64,000 nucleotides of DNA. Origin: Candidatus Komeilibacteria bacterium RIFOXYD1_FULL_37_29. Its GTDB lineage: Bacteria; Patescibacteriota; Patescibacteriia; UBA1558; GWA2-36-10. The notes beneath the pieces are model-generated. The model worked only from the letters and a program-made list of their open reading frames with translations, had not been told where the DNA came from and did no database searches. The stretch is from NCBI GenBank assembly GCA_001818495.1, contig MHKS01000005.1, forward strand, positions 466,584 to 530,583, read 5' to 3'. Made by a program: the position numbers and the translations under genes. Below are positions 10,521-17,748 of the stretch, in pieces (position 1 is the first letter of the stretch; each line of letters begins with the position of its first letter).

Positions 10521-10883
10521 CTAATAGTCTTTCTTTCCCCAGAATTTCAAGTTCTTGAATCTTTTAATATTTTTTCTTAATTTTCCGATTCTTTGATCTT
10601 TATTTTTGATAATTAACCTGGCTAGTTTTTCTTGTAGGTTATCGACAGCCGCTCTGGCGTCACTAGATTCTTCTTTGGCAAAAACTGGTTCTTTATTGGC
10701 TAAAGATAATTTTGCTTCAATCGTATAGACCTCGCCTTTTTGATGTCTTTGATCACGAATTAGCTTTATTTGACAATCGGCAACCCCCAGTTGATACTTA
10801 TCCAAAGCATCAAAACGAGTTTGTAGGTATTCTTTAAAAGGATCTGTCAGGTCAAAATTTTGATTATAGATTTGAATTTTCAT
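10521..10883 (-). CDS. hpf: Ribosome hibernation factor (HPF/RaiA family)
   Basis: MKIQI...FDLTD...Y...RF..LDKY and AVD...KL.R patterns; usual position upstream of secA. Confidence 0.88.
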   Translation of the reverse strand: MKIQIYNQNFDLTDPFKEYLQTRFDALDKYQLGVADCQIKLIRDQRHQKGEVYTIEAKLSLANKEPVFAKEESSDARAAVDNLQEKLARLIIKNKDQRIGKLRKNIKRFKNLKFWGKKDY

Positions 10884-10885
10884 AG

Positions 10886-11101
10886 TTATTGATTCTCCTG
10901 AATGTTGTTTTCATAAGCCTTCATGGCACGTTTTTCCAATACTTTTTTAATGACTAGCACAATAATCAAAAATACTGCTCCACCAGCTAGCATTAAAAAA
11001 GTTTTATCCTGCCAAAATGGTGGTACTGGAGCGGTGCTAACTTCTTGAGCCTGAGCGGTTGATGCTAATAATAGTAAGCTAAAAATAAGAGCTTGTTTCA
11101 T
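10886..11101 (-). CDS. Small exported membrane-anchored protein
   Basis: Signal peptide ending AQA followed by one TM segment and a basic tail. Confidence 0.7.
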   Translation of the reverse strand: MKQALIFSLLLLASTAQAQEVSTAPVPPFWQDKTFLMLAGGAVFLIIVLVIKKVLEKRAMKAYENNIQENQ

Positions 11102-11157
11102 AATTTTATTTTAATAATTTATAATTTAAATGTAGCAAATTTAAGGCCGGCTAGCAA

Positions 11158-12921
11158 TTATTCCAAAACTGCTTTGATCCGTCTGATGCCAGCTGAAGAA
11201 GATTGTTCCTTTTTGATGCTAAAATGACCAAGTTCACTAGTATTTTTAACATGAGGGCCACCACAAATTTCCTGTGAGTAGTTGCCCATTTTATATACTT
11301 TTACTTTTTCACCATACTTTTGTTCAAACAGTCCAATCGCCCCTTGCTTTTTGGCCTCTTCGACAGACATTTCTTGATAGCTAACCGGTAGCTGGGCCAC
11401 AATTTGCTGATTGACAATATCTTCTACTTTTTTTATTTGTTCGTTGGTCATGGGATCAGGATGGACAAAATCAAAACGCAAGCGTTCCTCATTGATATTA
11501 CTACCGCGTTGTTCAACGTGCTGGCCCAAGACATCTCGTAAGGCTTGATGAAGCAGATGCGTAGCGGTGTGATATTTGGTAGCCATGACGCCATCATCAG
11601 CTAGACCACCTTTAAACATACCGGCACTGGCAGTAGTTGATAAATTAGCATGTTGAACTGTGTATTCAAGAAATTCTTGTTTTTCTTTATTACCAAAATT
11701 TAAATTTCTACTTTTAACCTCTTCTTCAATCATTTCTATTGGGAAACCGTAGGTACTATAAAGCATAAAAGCATCTTTACCAGATTTTGGCGGATTTTTG
11801 TCAAATACCTTTAATCCTTTATCTAAAGTTTTAGAAAATTTTTCTTCTTCTTTAGCTAGCTCAGAAAATATAAATTTTTCATTTCTCTCTAACTCTGGAT
11901 AAGCTAGAGCATACCAAGAAGCAATTAGATTGCCTAAACTAGCCATAAAATATTCTTTAATACCCAATAATCTAGCAAATCTAATAGCCCTCCTAATTAA
12001 TCTACGTAAAACATAGCCTTGGTCTTTATTAGACGGAGCAATACCATGACTATCGCCTAGTATAAAGACAGCGCTTCTAATATGATCAGCGATTATTCTA
12101 AAAGATTTTTTATCCTCTTCGTATTTTTTACCAGAGATATTTTCCAGTTGTTTGATGATTGGCTGAAATAATTCTGTTTTATAATTATCATCGTAGCCAT
12201 TTAAAACAGCCAGGGTTCGCTCTAGACCCATGCCAGTATCAATATTTTTTTGTTTTAAAGGTTGGTATTTACCATCAGCAGTTTTATCAAACTCCATAAT
12301 GACATTATTCCAAATTTCTACCCAGTGCTTATCTGTTTCCTCAAATTTTTTAGGGGCTTTGCCTGGGCCAGTCCAGTAAAATATCTCTGTATCAGGACCA
12401 CAAGGACCACTTTGGCCAGCTGGACCCCACCAATTGTCTTTTATTTTTTCTATCCGTTCTTTAGAAACGCCCAAAGATAACCAGATCTTTTCTGACTCCT
12501 CATCATAAGCAGGCACATCCTTGTTTCCGGCAAAAATAGATACCGCCAATTTATCTTTTTCTAATTTTAAAATTTTAGTCAAAAAATCCCAAGAATATTC
12601 AATCGCTTCTTTTTTAAAATAATCACCCAGCGACCAGTTACCGAGCATTTCAAAAAAAGTATGATGGGTAGCATCACCCACTTCATCAATATCACCGGTG
12701 CGCAGACATTTTTGTACGCTAATTAAACACTGACCCTCTGGATGTTTCTCACCTATAAGATAAGGAACCAAAGGGTGCATACCTGCTGTAGTAAAAAGTA
12801 CGGTCGGATCATTTTCCGGAATCAAAGAAGCTGAGCTGATCAAATGATGCTCTTTGCCTTGAAAGTATTGAAAAAATTTGTTTTTTAACTTTTTAGCAGT
12901 CCATTTATTGGAAAATATCAT
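11158..12921 (-). CDS. alaS: Alanine--tRNA ligase, short form lacking the C-Ala domain
   Basis: DPTVLFTTAGM, QKCLRT.D, HHTFFEMLGNWS, GPCGPDTEIF, DTGMGLER, editing HTATH and CGGPH; start placed at MIFSN, downstream of the predicted promoter. Confidence 0.96.
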   Translation of the reverse strand: MIFSNKWTAKKLKNKFFQYFQGKEHHLISSASLIPENDPTVLFTTAGMHPLVPYLIGEKHPEGQCLISVQKCLRTGDIDEVGDATHHTFFEMLGNWSLGDYFKKEAIEYSWDFLTKILKLEKDKLAVSIFAGNKDVPAYDEESEKIWLSLGVSKERIEKIKDNWWGPAGQSGPCGPDTEIFYWTGPGKAPKKFEETDKHWVEIWNNVIMEFDKTADGKYQPLKQKNIDTGMGLERTLAVLNGYDDNYKTELFQPIIKQLENISGKKYEEDKKSFRIIADHIRSAVFILGDSHGIAPSNKDQGYVLRRLIRRAIRFARLLGIKEYFMASLGNLIASWYALAYPELERNEKFIFSELAKEEEKFSKTLDKGLKVFDKNPPKSGKDAFMLYSTYGFPIEMIEEEVKSRNLNFGNKEKQEFLEYTVQHANLSTTASAGMFKGGLADDGVMATKYHTATHLLHQALRDVLGQHVEQRGSNINEERLRFDFVHPDPMTNEQIKKVEDIVNQQIVAQLPVSYQEMSVEEAKKQGAIGLFEQKYGEKVKVYKMGNYSQEICGGPHVKNTSELGHFSIKKEQSSSAGIRRIKAVLE

Positions 12922-12955
12922 AAAAATAGAGATAATTTTAGCTAAATTCCTATAA

Positions 12956-12984
12956 ATCTTAGTAAATTTGGCCAAAAAAGTCAA
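12956..12984 (-). promoter_or_regulatory. Sigma70-type promoter for alaS
   Basis: Minus strand TTGACT-17 nt-TAAGAT. Confidence 0.6.
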
Positions 12985-13007
12985 TATTTTATAAAAATAT
13001 ACCATAA

Positions 13008-13037
13008 ATTAAAGACCCGATTCCTAAGAACCGGGTC
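13008..13037 (-). terminator. Intrinsic terminator of the 13.0-13.35 kb transcript
   Basis: Minus strand GACCCGGTTC-ttag-GAATCGGGTC followed by TTTAAT; the stem is complete only on the minus strand (G-U pair). Confidence 0.75.
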
Positions 13038-13347
13038 CTATGAAACTGGCTGATAATGCCACACTATGCTTGGTCATTACTGACCACCGACAGGGAATCC
13101 CCTCTACCGAGCGCATTTACTGCGCAAAACGCTAAAAAGCAACTACGAAAAGTAACACAGTGTTACAAAACCAGCCATGACAGCCACCATAAATACTAGG
13201 ATCACCCCAGACGGTTATTTTGTCCAATCCTGGACAGCCGGTTGCGGGAAGGCCCACAAAACCTGGTTTGATAAATCCGTGAGGAAAGTTTTGAGTATCA
13301 CTAGTATTTGTGATGATTTTTATAGAACAAGAGCCAAGGCCCTTATT
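13010..13347 (-). ncRNA. Putative structured non-coding RNA of unknown family
   Basis: Own promoter and terminator, no credible long ORF, one 16-bp long-range stem and at least six hairpins; G-U pairs favour the minus strand. Confidence 0.6.
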
Positions 13348-13353
13348 GATGTA

Positions 13354-13382
13354 AAGTTATACTAAAAAAACATCCTTGTCAA
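13354..13382 (-). promoter_or_regulatory. Sigma70-type promoter overlapping the upstream gene's terminator
   Basis: Minus strand TTGACA-17 nt-TAACTT; the -35 lies in the ATCCTT-attgac-AAGGAT hairpin that precedes a T7 run. Confidence 0.6.
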
Positions 13383-13412
13383 TAAGGATATTTATAAATT
13401 ATGCACAAGAAT

Positions 13413-13808
13413 TTAAAGACAATTTTTAGCGTTTAAAAAATCTGATAAAGAAGGTGTGGCTCCATTGGCTATCTCAGTGGCTCTGTCCTTGCCTAAGGTA
13501 ACTATAAAACAATTAGTCATTTCTGGTGTTATCTCAGTCGGTAAGCTAGCGACATTGACTCCCATTTCATAAATAGCTTTTTCCTGAGTATCGGGAATTA
13601 AAGGGTGATTGTACTCTACATCTTCGTAAGGAACCATTTCATCTTTGGGAATGGCTTGATAACCATCAATATTTTTAGTCAGGTAAATATTAATAGCCCG
13701 AGATACTAATTTGTCTCTATAACCGCCGGGATTAAAAAATACAATTATAATTATTCCGACAATAAATAAAAGTATAACCAAAGATAACCATTGTAATATT
13801 TTTTTCAT
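13413..13808 (-). CDS. Hypothetical protein with N-terminal membrane anchor
   Basis: 131 aa; N-terminal TM helix; C-terminal C...C pair. Confidence 0.8.
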   Translation of the reverse strand: MKKILQWLSLVILLFIVGIIIIVFFNPGGYRDKLVSRAINIYLTKNIDGYQAIPKDEMVPYEDVEYNHPLIPDTQEKAIYEMGVNVASLPTEITPEMTNCFIVTLGKDRATEIANGATPSLSDFLNAKNCL

Positions 13809-13812
13809 GACC

Positions 13813-14016
13813 TTATAATAAACCAGAGTAACTCGCTGTCATAGTATCAATCATACTAGGCAAGATAAACATCAAAATAATTAGTGGAATAACAAACAAT
13901 AATAAACTGATAATCATACTCCACTTAAAGATGTTTTTGGCAGTTACTAGAGTCTTGTGAATATCGTTGATTTTAAGCTCCAGCTCCTCTATTTTTTTGG
14001 CTAATTCTTGATCCAT
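13813..14016 (-). CDS. Small membrane protein
   Basis: 67 aa; coiled coil then TM helix; TGcTATAAT 6 nt upstream of the ATG. Confidence 0.78.
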   Translation of the reverse strand: MDQELAKKIEELELKINDIHKTLVTAKNIFKWSMIISLLLFVIPLIILMFILPSMIDTMTASYSGLL

Positions 14017-14084
14017 AAGACTATTATAGCAAAAATCAAAATTTTTGAGTAGCTATTAAAAAAAATTTAAAGTATAATAACTTT

Positions 14085-14588
14085 ATGAGAGTACCAATTA
14101 GAAAAGCTGGACAATATACTTATATTAAATCTGATCCTCTGATGACTGAGGCTAAATTGACTGAACTTAAAAACCAGCTAAAAAAATTAAAAGAAATAAT
14201 TCAGCCCGAGCTAGCCAAAGAAGTTAAAAGATTGGCTTTGATGGGTGATTTTTCAGAAAATGCCGCCTACCAAATAGCTAAGGGTCGTTTGCGTGGAGCT
14301 AATGAAAAAATAGATAAAATTACTAAACAAATCGCTGAGGCCAAAATTATTAATCCTAGTAAAACTATTCATGAAATTGAGATTGGTCATCTAGTGACTA
14401 TTATTTCTAGTAAGCAAACAAAAAAGTATCGATTACTAGGATCATCAGAAACAAACCCCGCTCAAGGAGCTATTTCCTACCAGTCTCCCTTGGGTTCGGC
14501 TTTGCTAAATAAAAAAGTAGGCGAAATTGCTCAAGTAAAAATCGACGGACAAGTGACTGAATACAAAATAATAGCGATAGAATATTGA
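14085..14588 (+). CDS. GreA/GreB family elongation factor (second paralog)
   Basis: GDFSENAAY, IGHLVT, LLGSSETNP..G.ISYQSPLG.ALL. Confidence 0.92.
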   Translation: MRVPIRKAGQYTYIKSDPLMTEAKLTELKNQLKKLKEIIQPELAKEVKRLALMGDFSENAAYQIAKGRLRGANEKIDKITKQIAEAKIINPSKTIHEIEIGHLVTIISSKQTKKYRLLGSSETNPAQGAISYQSPLGSALLNKKVGEIAQVKIDGQVTEYKIIAIEY

Positions 14589-14679
14589 GTTTGACCAATA
14601 ATTATACTTGTGTTTAGATATATTAGTATAAAGAACCTTCCACTAACCATCAACTAAAAACACAACAGGAGAGTGTTTT

Positions 14680-15114
14680 ATGAGTACTATGCGTCGTTCT
14701 TTGGCTGACGTTTCTTCCCTGGGGAGCTCCATACGTCATGATGGCATGATTCTAACACTGGTCATCATTTATGTGGGGATCTGCCTTATTTATCTTAGTG
14801 CCAACTTTGGCACGGAAATGGGCTGGATGATCAGATTACTTCCAGAAATCATGCTCTTGGCCGTTGGTGTGCTGGCTCTAGTCAGTAAAATCACTGATCC
14901 AATTGTTAGGGCACTCTTTCCCTGGCCACAACTTGGTCGCGGAAAGACAAGGATCATGCAGGTTTCGTGGATCTCTGAAGCTATGCTGATCAGGGGATAT
15001 CGGCCACTCTATCTTCTGCTGTCTCTCAATCCGTTCAATTGGTATTTTTGGAAAATCAATGAAAGCCGGTACTTGTACAACAAGCGCCGCGCGGCCAAAA
15101 AACAGGCCAAATAA
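14680..15114 (+). CDS. Orphan membrane protein
   Basis: 144 aa with two or more hydrophobic segments; AGGAG upstream; more GC-rich than flanks; followed by a terminator. Confidence 0.65.
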   Translation: MSTMRRSLADVSSLGSSIRHDGMILTLVIIYVGICLIYLSANFGTEMGWMIRLLPEIMLLAVGVLALVSKITDPIVRALFPWPQLGRGKTRIMQVSWISEAMLIRGYRPLYLLLSLNPFNWYFWKINESRYLYNKRRAAKKQAK

Positions 15115-15143
15115 AACTGATTGAAAATCACAATCTATCAAAA

Positions 15144-15169
15144 AATAGACCGAGCACTCTCGGTCTATT
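15144..15169. terminator. Bidirectional intrinsic terminator
   Basis: AATAGACCGAG-cact-CTCGGTCTATT perfect 11-bp stem between convergent genes. Confidence 0.85.
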
Positions 15170-15179
15170 AAAATATTTT

Positions 15180-16232
15180 TTATATTATGGTAGCACTAGC
15201 TACTAATTCGTTTTTAATATAAATAGCTAAGGTTTGTCCACTGGCCACACCCTGCTGGGCTTTTTTAAACTCAGCTTTGTCTGGATATAAAGTCAGGTTT
15301 TGGGCTGGCTGCCGATAGCGAATTTGCCCTTGAGCTTTTAAGGGTAACTGATATTTTTTACCCAGCCAATGGAGTTCTGAAATCTGCACACTTTTGTTGT
15401 ACAGTTTTTCATCATCAATGTGTCCGACTATTAATTGGTTATTTTTTATATCCTTGGCTACTACATACCAAGGTCCACTACCACCAATATCCAAGCCCTT
15501 CCTCTGACCAATGGTATAATACCAAACTCCTTCGTGTGTACCGAGCTTATGTCCTTTGGTATCAACTATATCCCCTACCTGTGGTTTTATTTTTTGTGAT
15601 AGAAAAGTTTTAAGATCTATTTTACCAATAAAACAAATGCCCTGACTGTCTTTTCGGTCAGCGTTGGGTAATTTGGCCTGTTTGGCCAAAAGACGGGCTT
15701 GGGTTTTTAACAAATGTCCCACTGGAAAAAGAGCTTTGGATAATTGAGTTTGATTTAAACCAGCTAAAAAATAAGACTGGTCTTTGCTGGGGTCTTTACC
15801 ACGGCAGAGCTGATAAAAATCTTTGGTCTTTTTAATTTGAGCGTAGTGTCCGGTAGCTATTTTATCAAAACCCATTTTAATAGCCTGGTCTAAAAATAAT
15901 TTAAATTTTATTTCGTTGTTACACAAAACATCGGGATTGGGTGTCAGCCCTGCTTGGTAGGCCTCGAAAATATAGCTGACTATTTTTTTATAATATTCAT
16001 TTTCAAAATCAAAGGTTTGGATGGGCACTTTAAGATGCGCTGCTACCCGATAGGCCATCAGCCGATCTTCTTTCCAAGGACACTCGCCTTTGATATTTAT
16101 TTTTTCAGAAAAATTCTTCATAAAAGCCGCTTCCACAGTATAACCAGCTTTTTTGAGTAAAAACAAAGTCACGGCAGAATCAACTCCGCCGGACAAGGCT
16201 ACTAAGACTCTTTCTTTAGCTTTTTTAGGCAT
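15180..16232 (-). CDS. mnmA: tRNA 2-thiouridine(34) synthase MnmA
   Basis: SGGVDS, TPNPDVLCN..IKF, ATGHYA, KDQSYFL, DSQGICFIG, YTIGQRKGL. Confidence 0.97.
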   Translation of the reverse strand: MPKKAKERVLVALSGGVDSAVTLFLLKKAGYTVEAAFMKNFSEKINIKGECPWKEDRLMAYRVAAHLKVPIQTFDFENEYYKKIVSYIFEAYQAGLTPNPDVLCNNEIKFKLFLDQAIKMGFDKIATGHYAQIKKTKDFYQLCRGKDPSKDQSYFLAGLNQTQLSKALFPVGHLLKTQARLLAKQAKLPNADRKDSQGICFIGKIDLKTFLSQKIKPQVGDIVDTKGHKLGTHEGVWYYTIGQRKGLDIGGSGPWYVVAKDIKNNQLIVGHIDDEKLYNKSVQISELHWLGKKYQLPLKAQGQIRYRQPAQNLTLYPDKAEFKKAQQGVASGQTLAIYIKNELVASATII

Positions 16233-16244
16233 TAAGTCACTCTA

Positions 16245-17744
16245 TTATTTACCTATTTTAAAAATGCTCATTTTCTCTAGGGCTTTATCCGTTAACTTTA
16301 ACCTCATTTGACTTCGGGCATAAAGAGTAAAGAGTCTTTCGCCTTTTTTAACATGATCATTATATTCTTTATTGAGATAAATACCCGCCAATTTATCCTT
16401 TGGTGCGCCCAAAATTCTAGCAATAGTATTTATAGCTTTATTATCGGTAAAAGTAATACATCCTGACTTACTGGCATTGTAATATTTCTTGTGAGCCCCC
16501 AAAACAATATCATTGGGATCAATATCGAACTTACCACCTTGAGCTTTAATAATCTCCTGCATTTTCTTCCAGGCGGCTCCAGACTCCAAAGCTTTCCAAG
16601 CCATGGTAGCACCATGACCTTTTTTGGCCTTACCGCAAAGTTCTAATAGCTCACCAGCCAAATGAATAGACTTATTAGCTAGATCAGCTGGGTAGTTGTC
16701 TTTTTGTTGGAGTACTCTTAAAACATCTCTGGCTTCCAAGGCCGGACCAACACCCATACCAACAGGGTCTTCGGTCTGAACCATGATGACTTTCATTTTT
16801 ATATTAAATTTTTTGCCAATATACTTAAATTTTCTGGCCAGTTCTTTGGCAATTTTCATGTTAGGTATTTTGGTAGTTTTACCAACGGGCATATCAATAA
16901 TCAAATGAGTCACTCCGGTCGCTACTTTTTTGGCCATAATAGAAACTAACATTTTATCATAGGGCTCTAAAGATAATGGATAAGAGACCTGTAAAATCTT
17001 ATCGTCGGCTGGCGCTAGATTTAATCCACCACCCCAGACTAAACAGCCACCAGCTTTTTTGACTATTTTTTTTATTTCAGGGGCGCTAAAAGATACGGGT
17101 GCCAATACCTCCATGGTGTCAGCTGTTCCGGCTGGTGAAGTAATAGCCCGAGAAGATGTTTTGGGTATAATCAGTCCCAAACTAGCCAAGATGGGAATGA
17201 CCACCATGGTAGTGCGATTACCAGCTAAACCACCAACAGAATGTTTATCTACTACTATCTTATTGGAAAATTTTAACATCTCACCGGTTTCGGCCATAGC
17301 CTTGGTCATAAAATAAAGTTCTTGATCGCTATAATCATGAATAAAACTAGAAGCTACAAAGTAAGTTGTTTCGGTACGAGTCAATATACCATTGGCAATG
17401 TCGGAAAATATTTGATAAAAATCTTTATACTTTAATTTTTTACCGAGCAGACGATTTTTAATAGCTACAATAGATTGGGCTCTTTCTAAAAACTCAATCT
17501 CTACTATAGTATTGGGCAATATACTAGTTGCTTCCCAAATGTCCTTATAAAGCCCAATTTGGCCCCTCTGGACCCTACTTTGACTAGTATTGGCTTCAGC
17601 AATCACTGATTGGTCTTGCCAGCTTATTTTGATCTTATCCCCGGCTTTAATGCCGTACTGAATAGCTTCATCTACATTTAGCAAAGCAATGTTGGATTGC
17701 CCTGTTTTTATATCTAATTTTTTTATTTTCAAATAATATGGCAT
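16245..17744 (-). CDS. AMP phosphorylase (archaeal-type thymidine phosphorylase family)
   Basis: VDKHSVGGLAGN, PKTSSRAITSPAGTAD, LAPADD, GPALEARD; extra N-terminal domain and ~500-aa length typical of AMP phosphorylase. Confidence 0.9.
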   Translation of the reverse strand: MPYYLKIKKLDIKTGQSNIALLNVDEAIQYGIKAGDKIKISWQDQSVIAEANTSQSRVQRGQIGLYKDIWEATSILPNTIVEIEFLERAQSIVAIKNRLLGKKLKYKDFYQIFSDIANGILTRTETTYFVASSFIHDYSDQELYFMTKAMAETGEMLKFSNKIVVDKHSVGGLAGNRTTMVVIPILASLGLIIPKTSSRAITSPAGTADTMEVLAPVSFSAPEIKKIVKKAGGCLVWGGGLNLAPADDKILQVSYPLSLEPYDKMLVSIMAKKVATGVTHLIIDMPVGKTTKIPNMKIAKELARKFKYIGKKFNIKMKVIMVQTEDPVGMGVGPALEARDVLRVLQQKDNYPADLANKSIHLAGELLELCGKAKKGHGATMAWKALESGAAWKKMQEIIKAQGGKFDIDPNDIVLGAHKKYYNASKSGCITFTDNKAINTIARILGAPKDKLAGIYLNKEYNDHVKKGERLFTLYARSQMRLKLTDKALEKMSIFKIGK

Positions 17745-17748
17745 AAGT

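Noticed and set aside
12890-12921. Possible frameshift at the alaS start (ATG-G-ACT-GCT resembles an MTAK start with an extra G)
   Set aside because: An in-frame ATG at 12921 gives an intact protein, so there is no need to invoke a frameshift without read data
13010-13347. T-box riboswitch for alaS
   Set aside because: Position and strand fit, but there is no GGTGGNACC T-box motif before the terminator, and alaS has its own promoter downstream of the terminator
13010-13347. tmRNA or SRP RNA
   Set aside because: No tRNA-like ends with a T-loop and CCA, no tag-like reading frame, and no SRP helix-8 CAGG...GNRA...AGCAG pattern recognised
13177-13365. 62-aa plus-strand ORF
   Set aside because: No recognisable motif; promoter, terminator and wobble-pair polarity all favour a minus-strand transcript
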